This document shows, piece after piece, positions 8,987-18,648 of a DNA stretch of 64,000 nucleotides. The stretch comes from Lentisphaerota bacterium (lineage in GTDB: Bacteria; Verrucomicrobiota; Lentisphaeria; Victivallales; Victivallaceae), in contig SUVS01000003.1 in assembly GCA_015061885.1 (NCBI GenBank), positions 17,840 through 81,839 of the forward strand, written 5' to 3'. Position 1 is the stretch's first letter. The number at the start of each line of letters is the position of its first letter. A program made the position numbers and the translations under genes. The notes below the pieces were generated by a model. That model searched no databases and had not been told where the DNA came from. It saw only the letters and a program-made list of their open reading frames with translations.

Positions 8987-10383
8987 TGTTCACCGCCGTT
9001 TTCATTAAGCAGATCAATTTCTTCATAAATCTTCTGCTGCCTTTCAGGGGCGATTTTCTGGTATCTGCCCAACAAGGTTACAGCGGCACGGGCGATCTCC
9101 CGCTGAAATTCCAGACCACCGCCGACATTTTTCAATTCAAGCAGACTTGCCACTGATTCTTTGAGGTCAACGATCGAAAAATCCCGGTTGTACGCCACCT
9201 GCGGCACACTTATGGAGGGATCATACAAATTCATGATCCGCCACACCGCCAGTTCGGTCTGTTCCAGCAGATCCACCCGGTTGAGCAGAAACTGACAGAT
9301 CTGCTGGTGATCCCATGCTTTGCTTTCGGCACTCTGTTTTTCGCGGGTTTCGCGGACAACGGTCAGACCGGCAATGTCAAACAGTTCATTTTTCAAATGG
9401 GTGTTTTCGTTGCGGATGATGTTGGTTTCGGCTCCGTGCGGCGAAATGTAGCGGCTGATACCGGATTCGTCGCCCGACTCCCAGATCGCCGCAGAACGAG
9501 CGAGGACATGACTGAATTTGCCGTCTTCGCTGTTATTGGAATTCAAAGTGCTGCGACTGCCGCGGGCAAAGTTTTCGGAAATGACCAGCAAGCCGAACAT
9601 CTGCTTGATAATATTCATCTGGGCTTCGGACTCATTGTTGAGTATGGCATCGGAAATGCGGACAATATCTTCAAACCAATGCACCGCATCCATACCGTAA
9701 CCATCAATCTCGCTTACATGCAGCAGCGGCACACAGCCAAGTTCATGGCGTCCTTCGGCAATCAGTTTCACCGTACCGGAATCTTCTTCAAAAAGCTGCC
9801 AAAGCTCTTTGGTCCACAATCGGCGGCGTTTTTTGCTGACCGGTTCGGTAAAAGGATCGCTGTTTTCATAAAAATCCTCTTCCACTACCGCCCACAAAAG
9901 TTCGCCGGAGCTGTCTTCCGACCAATCCGGCACACTCAAGGGCGAAAGTGCCACCGCGTAAGGGTGCAGACGCTCCGTTTTACGCCGTTCAATATCGACT
10001 TCGCCATCAAAGTTGGGCATTTCGATCAACATCCAGGCTGAACCATAGACATTCAGCAGAGTCGAAAATTGCCGCATGATCTCGTTGGCACGCAATTTAC
10101 TGCGGGAAAAATCTTCGATCATCTCCGGCTCTGCCCCGGTACGCACCGGATCGCCGGCAAGAATATATTGTGTTATGAGCCGGGCGATCTTACGCGGGTA
10201 ATTGAAGTAATACGCCCGGTTGAGGCGTTCGGTAAATTCCGGATCTATTTCAGAAACATGCTGGATAAGAGCCTTCTGAATATACTCTGCACCGCCGGAA
10301 TAGGCGGCCTTGTTGCGTTCCCAACTGCTGCTGCGTTGGGTGAAAAGCGGATGACGGCGGCTGAAAATGTAACTGTAATCCAT
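8983..10383 (-). CDS. phage portal-like protein (DUF4055-type), orphan
   Basis: 466 aa with a perfect AAGGAG SD 8 nt upstream of ATG 10383. The N-terminal pattern W..N..AYSGG..Y......L.....E....F..RL.RAYYFNYP....R....YI, the overall length and the acidic C-terminus resemble podovirus-type DUF4055 portal proteins. This is from memory and was not searched. Confidence 0.55.
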   Translation of the reverse strand: MDYSYIFSRRHPLFTQRSSSWERNKAAYSGGAEYIQKALIQHVSEIDPEFTERLNRAYYFNYPRKIARLITQYILAGDPVRTGAEPEMIEDFSRSKLRANEIMRQFSTLLNVYGSAWMLIEMPNFDGEVDIERRKTERLHPYAVALSPLSVPDWSEDSSGELLWAVVEEDFYENSDPFTEPVSKKRRRLWTKELWQLFEEDSGTVKLIAEGRHELGCVPLLHVSEIDGYGMDAVHWFEDIVRISDAILNNESEAQMNIIKQMFGLLVISENFARGSRSTLNSNNSEDGKFSHVLARSAAIWESGDESGISRYISPHGAETNIIRNENTHLKNELFDIAGLTVVRETREKQSAESKAWDHQQICQFLLNRVDLLEQTELAVWRIMNLYDPSISVPQVAYNRDFSIVDLKESVASLLELKNVGGGLEFQREIARAAVTLLGRYQKIAPERQQKIYEEIDLLNENGGEQ

Positions 10384-10501
10384 AATACAAAACTCCTTGT
10401 TTTAACAGTGGATGTAAAACAGATTTTTGTCAATATTAAGCTGAAAAGTCATAAGTATCTTGATTTTGAGCGAAAAATCATTTAAGATTGATAAATAAAA
10501 T

Positions 10502-10529
10502 TTGCAAAAAAAACAAAAAAAGCTATTAT
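10502..10529 (+). promoter_or_regulatory. candidate promoter TTGCAA-N16-TATTAT for the GH2-like gene
   Basis: TTGCAA at 10502-10507 and TATTAT at 10524-10529, followed by an (ATTAT)n AT-rich tract, about 55 nt upstream of ATG 10586. Confidence 0.3.
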
Positions 10530-10585
10530 ATTATATTATATATAATAACCTTACTCAATTCAACTGCACAAGAAAGGATAAAATC

Positions 10586-13195
10586 ATGGCAGAAGAGTTT
10601 AAGTTTGTTACCGAGGTACCGAAAAACATCTGGGGTCCGGAATTTGAAGACATCTTTGTCTATCCGATGTTTGACGAAGGCAAAGTGGCTATGGAAGTTA
10701 CCGTTGCCCAAGGCGTGAGCAAGATCGCCTGGGAAGTTATCGACAACGGCAAAGTGATCGCCAAAGGCAGTGCCAAAGCCCCCAAGGCCGGCGAAGTATT
10801 CAAAGCCACCGAAGAAATCAAAGATTTCAAACCGTGGAATGTCAACACCCCCTACCTCTACCAGTTCAAGACTGTCCTGACTGTTGACGGCAAAGATAAG
10901 GAAGCTGTCATCCGCTTCGGTATGCGTAAATTCTCGGTGGATAAAGAGTCCTTCTATCTGAACAACGAAAAACTCTTCCTGCGTGGTGTTATCCGCGGCC
11001 GCGAAGCCCACGACCACCCGGATCTGGCGAATCTCGGCATGTACGAATACTATGCCAAATACATGCGTCAGATGAAAGATTACGGTTTCAACTTCATCCG
11101 CTTCCACAGCTATGTGCCGCCCATTGAATGTTTTGAAGCCGCTGACGAACTGGGTATCCTTATTCATGTGGAAATGCGTAAATACTACGGCCGTTATCAG
11201 AAAGAACGTGCCAAGATGGAAAGCCGCAACCGCCTGATGAACGCCGACGAATGGATCGAAATGCTCCTGCGTCTGCGTAACAGCACCAGCTTGATGGTTT
11301 ACTGCATGGGTAACGAAATCGACCATCCCGGACGGAATCCGATCTGTCAGGAATTCTACGATATGACCCACAAGTACGACCCCACGCGTTTCTTCCTGGA
11401 TACCTGCAGTCGCGGCGAATTCGACCGCAACAGCGTTGACCTCGACGTTCAGCACATGAGCTACTTCTATCCCTGGGGCCACAGCTACAATATGTTTGAA
11501 AATCCCCAGAACTGGATCATTTCCGGTTCCGCATCCGGTATTCCCATGATCGAAAAGAATGCCGAAGATGATGAAGACTGGAAGATCGCCCGCAAGGTTC
11601 CGAGCCGCCGTCCGGTGCTGGCACACGAAATCTGCCATTATGCCGGTCTGCGTGATCTTGACGCTCTGGAAGCCAAGTTCGACCAATACTGCCCGGATAA
11701 GAAACCCTGGTGGATCGGCGAACTCAAGAAACTTGCCAAACTCAAGGGCTTCAGCAAAAAAGATTACGCCACCATGAAGAAAGCCTCCGACCGCTTCCAG
11801 TTCCTGAGCTGGAAACTGGGTTTGGAAGCCAGCCGCCGCAGCAAGATCTTGAGCGGTTACCACTTCCTGCAGTTCTGCGATACCGACCGTTACGAAAACT
11901 CGAACGGTATCGTTGACTGCTTTGACGACAAAAAAGGCATCGACGATGTGGCTTTCCGCAAGTTCAACGGCGATACAGTGCTGCTTGCCGATATGCCCAG
12001 ACGCGTATTCTTTGAAGGCGAAAAGTTCCTGATTCCGGCAATGGTGTCGCACTTCTCGGCAGAACTTTCCGGCGAAATGGTCTTCCGCTTTACGCTCAAA
12101 AACAGCAAGGGCGATACCGTCTTTACCGGCGAAATGCCCAACATCAGTTTGACCGAACGCGGCCGCCACGAAATTTGCGAAGTAACGCTCAAATTCCCGA
12201 AGACCGGCAAACCGCAGGCTTACAATCTGGTCTTTGAACTTATCAACGAAAAGGGCGAAGCCGTAGTCGATAACTCATGGAATCTGTGGACATTCCCGAA
12301 CAACGCCGCCGCGTTGCCGAAGATGGAAGTCAACATGGATCTGGCGGAAGTGGCACCCACCGTGCGTTATCCGCAGCTTATCCAGAGCGATGATGCCAAG
12401 CTCATGCTGACCAACCGTTTCAGCAAAAAGCTCATCGACCATGTTGCCGAAGGCGGCGATGCCTGGGTCATGTACCGTGTACCGATCACCCGCGACCGCA
12501 AAGTGCGGGCGGCAAAAGAAAAGTATTACCTGCCCTCCATCTGGGAACGCTTCAAGGCGATCATCTGGGACCGCGGCCACAATTCGGGTGCGTTCATGCG
12601 TAAATCCGGTGCTCTTGCCGGTTTCCCGAACGACGGCTTTGTGGATATGCAGTTTGCCAATCTGATCAACGACTCCGACAAGATCATTCTGGATACCTTC
12701 CCCGTGAAGGTCGCCCCGATCATGGAAGGTGTTGACCGTGCAGTGCGTGACCGTTACGATGTGCATTTGTTCCAGCTTTCTGAACTCCAGCCGGCTTACA
12801 CCATGCGTAAGTTTGCTTACATGATGGAGCTCAAAGTCGGCAAGGGCCGTTTGTTCATCACCGCGTTCAACTTTACCGGATTGAACAATAATGACCCGGA
12901 AACTGTCGGTATGTTTGAGTCGATCATGCGTTACATCACCAGCAGCAAGTTTGCTCCCAAAGCGGAAATTTCCGGCAAAGAATTTGCCAAATATCTGCTG
13001 GCACAGGGCAAAGCTCCGATCATCAAGGAACGCCGTATGAGTCAGTACTGGCAGCTGGATGAAGAGCCGCTCGAATCCCGCAAGTATTGGCAGGATGCTC
13101 TTGATTACATCGGCGAAGAAGTCAAGGTTCAGGACTATTACTACAAGGAACAGACAACTAAACTGTCGACCGAAGAAGTAAAAGACGATAAATAA
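10586..13195 (+). CDS. glycoside hydrolase family 2-like protein (TIM-barrel glycosidase with N-terminal sugar-binding and Ig-like domains)
   Basis: Start moved to ATG 10586 (MAEEFKF), which is preceded by AAAGGA. TIM-barrel motifs FNFIRFHSYVPP, ELGILIHVEM and CMGNEI. 869 aa. Confidence 0.75.
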   Translation: MAEEFKFVTEVPKNIWGPEFEDIFVYPMFDEGKVAMEVTVAQGVSKIAWEVIDNGKVIAKGSAKAPKAGEVFKATEEIKDFKPWNVNTPYLYQFKTVLTVDGKDKEAVIRFGMRKFSVDKESFYLNNEKLFLRGVIRGREAHDHPDLANLGMYEYYAKYMRQMKDYGFNFIRFHSYVPPIECFEAADELGILIHVEMRKYYGRYQKERAKMESRNRLMNADEWIEMLLRLRNSTSLMVYCMGNEIDHPGRNPICQEFYDMTHKYDPTRFFLDTCSRGEFDRNSVDLDVQHMSYFYPWGHSYNMFENPQNWIISGSASGIPMIEKNAEDDEDWKIARKVPSRRPVLAHEICHYAGLRDLDALEAKFDQYCPDKKPWWIGELKKLAKLKGFSKKDYATMKKASDRFQFLSWKLGLEASRRSKILSGYHFLQFCDTDRYENSNGIVDCFDDKKGIDDVAFRKFNGDTVLLADMPRRVFFEGEKFLIPAMVSHFSAELSGEMVFRFTLKNSKGDTVFTGEMPNISLTERGRHEICEVTLKFPKTGKPQAYNLVFELINEKGEAVVDNSWNLWTFPNNAAALPKMEVNMDLAEVAPTVRYPQLIQSDDAKLMLTNRFSKKLIDHVAEGGDAWVMYRVPITRDRKVRAAKEKYYLPSIWERFKAIIWDRGHNSGAFMRKSGALAGFPNDGFVDMQFANLINDSDKIILDTFPVKVAPIMEGVDRAVRDRYDVHLFQLSELQPAYTMRKFAYMMELKVGKGRLFITAFNFTGLNNNDPETVGMFESIMRYITSSKFAPKAEISGKEFAKYLLAQGKAPIIKERRMSQYWQLDEEPLESRKYWQDALDYIGEEVKVQDYYYKEQTTKLSTEEVKDDK

Positions 13196-13241
13196 TTTTT
13201 CGGCTTTTTAACTGATTTCCGGTTCTCCGCAGTGCGGAGGG

Positions 13242-13290
13242 CCGGTTCGGCGGAATTGGATTTTTTCAGTGCCGCCGAACCGGTTTTTTT
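13242..13290 (+). terminator. rho-independent terminator
   Basis: Perfect 12-bp stem CCGGTTCGGCGG / CCGCCGAACCGG followed by TTTTTTT. A second small hairpin CTCCGCAGTGCGGAG lies just upstream. Confidence 0.85.
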
Positions 13291-13315
13291 AAGGAAATTT
13301 TACGAAAGAATTGTT

Positions 13316-14071
13316 ATGCGTTTCCGTCCTTGCATTGATTTGCACCATAATAAAGTCAAACAGATAGTCGGCGGTTCTTTGCGTGATAACGGTGAAGGAC
13401 TGCGTACCAACTTTGAGTCTGAATTTGATTCAGGATACTACGCAAAAATGTATCAGCGTGACGGCTTGACCGGCGGTCATGTCATTATGCTGGGTCCCGG
13501 CAACGAAGAAGCCGCTTTGCTGGCATTAAATAGTTACCCCAAAGGCTTGCAGCTCGGCGGCGGGATCAATCCGGCTAATGCCCGCAAATATCTGGATGCG
13601 GGAGCCGCACAAGTGATCGTAACCAGTTACCTTATCGAAGACAGCGATGTATCCATGCGGCGGCTGGATGCACTTATGGAAGTGGTCAAACCCGGAGAAC
13701 TGGTTATAGATTTGAGCTGCCGGAAAACTGCCAAAGGTAAATATCTGGTGGTGTTTGACCGGTGGCAGAAGTTTACAACCCTGGAAGTCAATGCCAAAAC
13801 CTTGCAGAAATTGAGCCAATACTGTTCGGAATTTCTTATCCACGCCGTGGATATGGAAGGCAAAATGTCCGGCGTGGATGCAAATATAGTTAAACTGCTT
13901 GCCGATATATCGCCGCTGCCGTGTGTTTACGCCGGCGGAATAAGCTCGTATGAAGATATAGAACTCATCCGCCGCGAAGGTTCCGGCAAAATCGACTACA
14001 CCGTAGGCAGTGCGTTGGATATTTTCGGCGGGCATTTGAGTTACAGCAAGATCGTATCGCTGCCCCATTAA
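13316..14071 (+). CDS. hisA: phosphoribosylformimino-5-aminoimidazole carboxamide ribotide isomerase (His6/eukaryotic-type HisA)
   Basis: Start at ATG 13316, because the longer ORF would include the upstream terminator. MRFRPCIDLHHNKVKQIVGGSL... and the C-terminal GGISS...YTVGSALDIFGG are typical of His6-type HisA. Confidence 0.8.
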   Translation: MRFRPCIDLHHNKVKQIVGGSLRDNGEGLRTNFESEFDSGYYAKMYQRDGLTGGHVIMLGPGNEEAALLALNSYPKGLQLGGGINPANARKYLDAGAAQVIVTSYLIEDSDVSMRRLDALMEVVKPGELVIDLSCRKTAKGKYLVVFDRWQKFTTLEVNAKTLQKLSQYCSEFLIHAVDMEGKMSGVDANIVKLLADISPLPCVYAGGISSYEDIELIRREGSGKIDYTVGSALDIFGGHLSYSKIVSLPH

Positions 14072-14090
14072 ACTTTCAGGAGCATAAGTT

Positions 14091-15587
14091 ATGTTCAGTG
14101 AGTGGGAAACCGGAACTGGTATTCTTAAGGCGGCACTGATAATAACGGTGCAAGTCATCATTCTGTTGCACATACTTGTAAGCAAGCACGAAAATCCGCA
14201 GCAGGCGTCATTCTGGCTGCTGCTGGTGGCGGCATTGCCGGGTATCGGGTCGTTATGCTATCTATTTTTCGGCATAACCCGCATACAGCATGTGCATAAT
14301 GCGATATTGAGCATACGCTCCAAACTTAATATGCGATCCGACAGCGTAACGCATAATCTGGCGGAAATGCAGCGGGAACTGAAAAAATTCCAGCTCAACA
14401 GTGCTGATTCCAGATGCGAACATATTCTGATGCTTGACCGGCTCTTTCCGGATTATCCGGCTCTGGAAGGCAATCACCTTGAAATACTGCAAGACGGCAG
14501 TGCCGTTTATCCGCGGATGCTTGAAGATATTCACCGGGCAACAACATGTATCCGTCTGCAATCGTACATACTCAACAGCGACGAAGTGGGCAAGGCTTTT
14601 ATGGATGCTCTGGCAGAACGGGCGGCGGCGGGTGTGGATGTAAAAATATTGTTTGACAGTTTGGGGAGCTTCAAAAGTTATTTTTCGCAATATTTCCGCC
14701 GGGAATTGCGTGAACAGCGGAACAACTTCCGCATCAAAGCGTTTTCGCCGGTAAATTTACTTGCTCCGTGGCGTTTCCAGTTGCGTAATCACCGCAAACT
14801 GCTGGTGGTCGATGGCAAAATAGCATACGTCGGCGGAGTGAATATTTCGGAAGAAAATGAACGGCTCAAACATGTGCCGCCATCGCGGTATATACACGAT
14901 CTGCACTGCCGGATAACCGGCCCCGCAGTAAGTCAGCTTACCATGAGTTTTCTGGCTGATTACTTTTACACCGCCCGCCATGACCGCAAAGCACCCGTGG
15001 TGACTCCCGGCGATTACACCTTGCCGGAACGCACCGGAGAAGCCATAGTACGGGTGCTGCCCGGCGGCCCCGGCAACGCCCGCGAATGTACCCGTAAACT
15101 CTTTTTTGCGGCGGCGGCTTTGGCAGAAAAAGAGTTGTGGATATTGACTCCATACTTTGTACCGGGCAAAGATTATGTGGATGCCTTGTGCATGGCAGCG
15201 GCCCGCGGAGTGGATGTAAGAGTGGTGGTTCCGGCAAAAAACAACCACTTTTATATGGATTGTGCGGCACAGAATTTCTACCGTCAACTGCATGATGCGG
15301 GGGTCAGAGTTTACGAAAAACTGGGATATTTTTCGCACATCAAAGCGTTGCTGGTGGATTCGCAATGGGGATTTATGGGGTCAAGCAACTGCGACAGCCG
15401 CAGTTTTTATCTGAATTTTGAACTGGATATAGTCTTTGAAAAATCCGCTTTTGTCGATGATATAAAACAGCAGTTCATCGAAGAATTTTCCGGAGCCCGC
15501 AAGCTGACCGCCTACCGTTTGCAGCACACATCCAAACTCCGCAAACTGGCAAACAGCACAGCCGCCCTCTTTACGCCAATATTGTAA
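14091..15587 (+). CDS. cls: cardiolipin synthase
   Basis: 498 aa with two N-terminal TM helices and two PLD HKD motifs (HRKLLVVDGKIAYVGGVN and HIKALLVDSQWGFMGSSN). Confidence 0.9.
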   Translation: MFSEWETGTGILKAALIITVQVIILLHILVSKHENPQQASFWLLLVAALPGIGSLCYLFFGITRIQHVHNAILSIRSKLNMRSDSVTHNLAEMQRELKKFQLNSADSRCEHILMLDRLFPDYPALEGNHLEILQDGSAVYPRMLEDIHRATTCIRLQSYILNSDEVGKAFMDALAERAAAGVDVKILFDSLGSFKSYFSQYFRRELREQRNNFRIKAFSPVNLLAPWRFQLRNHRKLLVVDGKIAYVGGVNISEENERLKHVPPSRYIHDLHCRITGPAVSQLTMSFLADYFYTARHDRKAPVVTPGDYTLPERTGEAIVRVLPGGPGNARECTRKLFFAAAALAEKELWILTPYFVPGKDYVDALCMAAARGVDVRVVVPAKNNHFYMDCAAQNFYRQLHDAGVRVYEKLGYFSHIKALLVDSQWGFMGSSNCDSRSFYLNFELDIVFEKSAFVDDIKQQFIEEFSGARKLTAYRLQHTSKLRKLANSTAALFTPIL

Positions 15588-15647
15588 AGTGTCCGGCAAA
15601 GCCCAGATGTGCGAAACATAACCCGCAAGCAGTGATTTGTCTGAAAA

Positions 15648-15689
15648 GCAAAAAGGACTGCTTACCATCTCCGGCAGGCAGTCCTTTTG
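15648..15689. terminator. bidirectional terminator hairpin between convergent cls and the DUF4838 gene
   Basis: Perfect 13-bp stem GCAAAAGGACTGC / GCAGTCCTTTTGC with a 16-nt loop. Both arms contain T/A runs. Confidence 0.55.
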
Positions 15690-15696
15690 CAAGGAG

Positions 15697-17874
15697 TTAT
15701 TTTTCCACTAAAATCACCCGTTCAATGAATATGCCGTTGGGCTTGGTGGAGCCATCAACATACGCCGGACCGGTTACTTTTATGGAAGCCCAGATCTCTT
15801 TGGGGAAGTTCTGGTCAATGCCGATAATGCCCTTGCGCATATAAATACGGGCTGCCCAGCTTTTGTGCCAATATATCCGCAAATTCTGGGTTATGACGGT
15901 TGTGCCCAGCTTGACCCAGTGATACTTTTCGTCGGTGGCGTAATCGCCTTTATTCCACTGATATTGGGCGACCAGTTTTTTGTCTTTAGGGGCGGTGCTG
16001 TCGTACAAGCCGATATGGATGGGCAGAGTATGTTCAAGGTTCTTCTTTCGCTTATCAAAACCGAATGCTCTGCCGCTGGCGGCTTCGGGATCATCCACCA
16101 CATAGCGGCTATGAGCGCCCCAGGGATCGAAGTCCGGCCAGTGGAAATCCTGTATCTTCCTGCCTTTGAACTGTTCGGGAATGATAAAGGGCATCGCTTT
16201 GAAGAGTTTGACCTCGTTCTGCAAATTCCCCAGGGTTGCTTTCAGCGACTCTTTACGCCATTTGCGGTCAACGGTAAAGTTTTTCCAAACCATTGTGGAG
16301 TTGTCGAGCCACCGTTTGATGACTGCATCTTTAGCCTTGCCCAGCGGGAACTTATCCTGCCGGAGCAAGCGGGCGTGATCCACAGGTATCCGCTCCCAGC
16401 GGACATGCTTCAAACTGCGTTCATCGCCTTGAGCGGCTTTTTCGGCAGCGTCAAGGAGTTTATCTGCCGTGGCAAAGAAATCAGCATCCAGCAAACCAAA
16501 GGGATTGCCCCGGACGGCAAAAGGCAGTTCCAGCATCCGCTTTTCCAGATATTCGCAATACTCTTTCATGGCAGGAGCCGCCGCACCGTAGTAGCCCTTG
16601 AAAAATTCGTCGGAGAGTTTTTCTATATCGCAATCGGGGTTTACCGACAAGTGGCTGAATAAATAGTATTGCAGGGGCCAGAAGTTGCGGACATAAGGTT
16701 TTTCGTTTTCCGCATAATAGGTCAGAACACCATTGTCCCGGCAGAACTGCATCTCTTTCTGCATGACTTTGCGGGGTTTGAGGTAGGGTGTTTCTTCCCC
16801 GGCGTAGGGTTTCCAATAAGCCCAGATTGCCAGATTGTGTGCCATCTTTCTCCAACCTTCAAGGATATTGCCTTGAGCGTTGCCCGGCAAAGCCGGAGCG
16901 GTGATTTCGCTGCTGCAAGTGCGGACTATCACATTTTTCCGGGCCTTGTACTGCTTGGCGGGCTGCTGGGTGTGCTGATAGGCAAAGGTCTGCACCAAAA
17001 CTTCCGGATAATCCTTTTCGATCATTTCGGCAATGGCATTGGTAAAATCGATATTTGCATCGCTCACCGAGGGGAATTTGGCACAATCGGAGCATTTGCA
17101 GTTGTTGCCGTAGCCGTCGTTCTGATCTACGCTGTAAATCATCCGCCATTTATCTTTTGCCACGCCTTTGCGATCTTTTTCAATAAAGCGTTTGAGCTGT
17201 TCGGCAAAGGCTTTTCGGGCAGCCGGATCGCTGTAACAGGGAGCGTTGGGATTGCCGATTGCCCGTTTGAATTTGACAGTCTTGGGGATTGCGGCAATGT
17301 ATTTCCAGTAGGTGTGGCAGCCGTGGGGGGAACCGGAAAGCATCTGGATCTCGCTGAAACGGGTGCGTACAGATTCTTTGCGTTTCATGCGGAAATCCAC
17401 GGTATTGAGCCGGGGCACCCCCGAACTCATTTCCCGCCGGATAAATGCCGGTTTGAACCGCTCGTTGATTTCGGGCAGAGTCCATGCCGGATTTTTGGGC
17501 ACGATCTCCGTATCGTTGGCAAGAAAACGGCAGCCGAGGTACTTTTCGATAAATTCGTAAGTACCCCAAACACTCCCCCGGACATCGCCGGTGATCACCA
17601 ATTCATTGCCTTTGGAGGCAATGTGCCACTCTTCAAACTTCAAATCCGCCGGACGCTTGTACCACTTTGCATTATCGGCAGCTTTGCCGATATAGACTTT
17701 GACCGGCACATCGGAGTTATAAATACTTTTGCCGGTAACAGCTTTGTAATATTTGGCAAGATCCTGTTTGGCGGCATTTTCGGCACGGCTGGCACCTTTG
17801 GCAAGCTCGATGCTTCCGGCAAAAACCGAACCGGCAACTCCGCACAACATCATAGACAACAATATTTTATTCAT
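15697..17874 (-). CDS. DUF4838 domain-containing protein (putative secreted glycoside hydrolase-like)
   Basis: 725 aa with a signal peptide (MNKILLSMMLCGVAGSVFA). The layout and motifs (FLANDTEIVPKNP...FIRREM) resemble the DUF4838 family common in PUL-like loci. Confidence 0.65.
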   Translation of the reverse strand: MNKILLSMMLCGVAGSVFAGSIELAKGASRAENAAKQDLAKYYKAVTGKSIYNSDVPVKVYIGKAADNAKWYKRPADLKFEEWHIASKGNELVITGDVRGSVWGTYEFIEKYLGCRFLANDTEIVPKNPAWTLPEINERFKPAFIRREMSSGVPRLNTVDFRMKRKESVRTRFSEIQMLSGSPHGCHTYWKYIAAIPKTVKFKRAIGNPNAPCYSDPAARKAFAEQLKRFIEKDRKGVAKDKWRMIYSVDQNDGYGNNCKCSDCAKFPSVSDANIDFTNAIAEMIEKDYPEVLVQTFAYQHTQQPAKQYKARKNVIVRTCSSEITAPALPGNAQGNILEGWRKMAHNLAIWAYWKPYAGEETPYLKPRKVMQKEMQFCRDNGVLTYYAENEKPYVRNFWPLQYYLFSHLSVNPDCDIEKLSDEFFKGYYGAAAPAMKEYCEYLEKRMLELPFAVRGNPFGLLDADFFATADKLLDAAEKAAQGDERSLKHVRWERIPVDHARLLRQDKFPLGKAKDAVIKRWLDNSTMVWKNFTVDRKWRKESLKATLGNLQNEVKLFKAMPFIIPEQFKGRKIQDFHWPDFDPWGAHSRYVVDDPEAASGRAFGFDKRKKNLEHTLPIHIGLYDSTAPKDKKLVAQYQWNKGDYATDEKYHWVKLGTTVITQNLRIYWHKSWAARIYMRKGIIGIDQNFPKEIWASIKVTGPAYVDGSTKPNGIFIERVILVEK

Positions 17875-17883
17875 AAAAAGACC

Positions 17884-18630
17884 TCATTCATAGAGTTTCC
17901 AACGCTGCACATTAAGTGCCGGTTTATAACTGTTGCTCCAGAAAGCTTCTTCGGGCGAAAGACTTTCGGCGTGACCATCTGCCATGCCGTAATTCTGTCT
18001 GCCGCCGTGGCGTTCAAACAGTTCTTTATTGGTGCTGCTCGGCGGTTTGGCGTAAATCTTGCCGTTGCTGGTACGGGTGTTCTGCGGGGCATCGCCATTG
18101 ATTATAGATATCGAAGGCTCCGGAAAGTCCCCGATCTGAAAGACTTTAGCCGGATAAGTTTGAGAAGCGTAAATGATCCCCGCCCCACCGGCATACATAT
18201 TATACATGGCAAGAGTGTGGTAGGTGGGGTTATACGCCGCCGGACATTTGAGGATCTCCAGCTTGCCCAATTCATTATTATCTTTGCCGTCTTCCACCGG
18301 GTCGAGGTTGAAATAAGTCAATATCACGCTGGGGTAATAGAGGGGATTGGTACTTGCCGTAGAACTGCCGTAAATACCTTTGGCACCGGTATCGATCCCC
18401 GGCGGAACATAGTTGTTGTTATCGCCGGAATACATCTGGGTAGCCGCCAGATTCAGCTGTTTTACCATAGATAAGCAGTTGGCACTTCTCGCCCGCTCCC
18501 GGGCGGCGGAAAGTGCGGGCAAAAGCATCGCCGCCAGAATGGCAATAATGGCAATTACCACGAGGAGTTCAATGAGGGTGAAGCATTCCTGCTTCACCCG
18601 CCCATGGGCGGAAAATACATTTCTAACCAT
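17884..18630 (-). CDS. prepilin-type N-terminal cleavage/methylation domain protein with DUF1559 H-X9-DG C-terminus
   Basis: The N-terminus [24 protein letters not shown] is a class III signal and pseudopilin helix. The C-terminus [13 protein letters not shown] fits H-X9-DG exactly. Confidence 0.85.
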   Translation of the reverse strand: MVRNVFSAHGRVKQECFTLIELLVVIAIIAILAAMLLPALSAARERARSANCLSMVKQLNLAATQMYSGDNNNYVPPGIDTGAKGIYGSSTASTNPLYYPSVILTYFNLDPVEDGKDNNELGKLEILKCPAAYNPTYHTLAMYNMYAGGAGIIYASQTYPAKVFQIGDFPEPSISIINGDAPQNTRTSNGKIYAKPPSSTNKELFERHGGRQNYGMADGHAESLSPEEAFWSNSYKPALNVQRWKLYE

Positions 18631-18648
18631 AATTACTCAACCTTTTTT

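Noticed and set aside
8063-10585. Intact prophage or integrative element around the portal-like gene
   Set aside because: There is no integrase, terminase, capsid, tail or lysis gene, no tRNA, no flanking direct repeats, and no obvious compositional shift. Only the portal-like gene and one small ORF are present.
10526-12169. 547-aa antisense ORF inside the GH2-like gene, and similar long shadows at 7147-8121, 16669-18474, 20003-21328, 35971-37602, 54855-56522, 57023-58651 and 60711-61766
   Set aside because: Each lies opposite a gene with clear family motifs. Their products are low-complexity (rich in F, G, V, A, H and D), lack SD sequences and have no recognisable domains. They are best explained by sense-strand codon bias avoiding TTA, CTA and TCA, which removes stops from the complementary frame.
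13232-13315. N-terminal extension of hisA (ORF-track start 13232)
   Set aside because: The extension would translate straight through the strong terminator hairpin at 13242-13290. The internal ATG at 13316 gives the canonical MRFRPCIDLH N-terminus.
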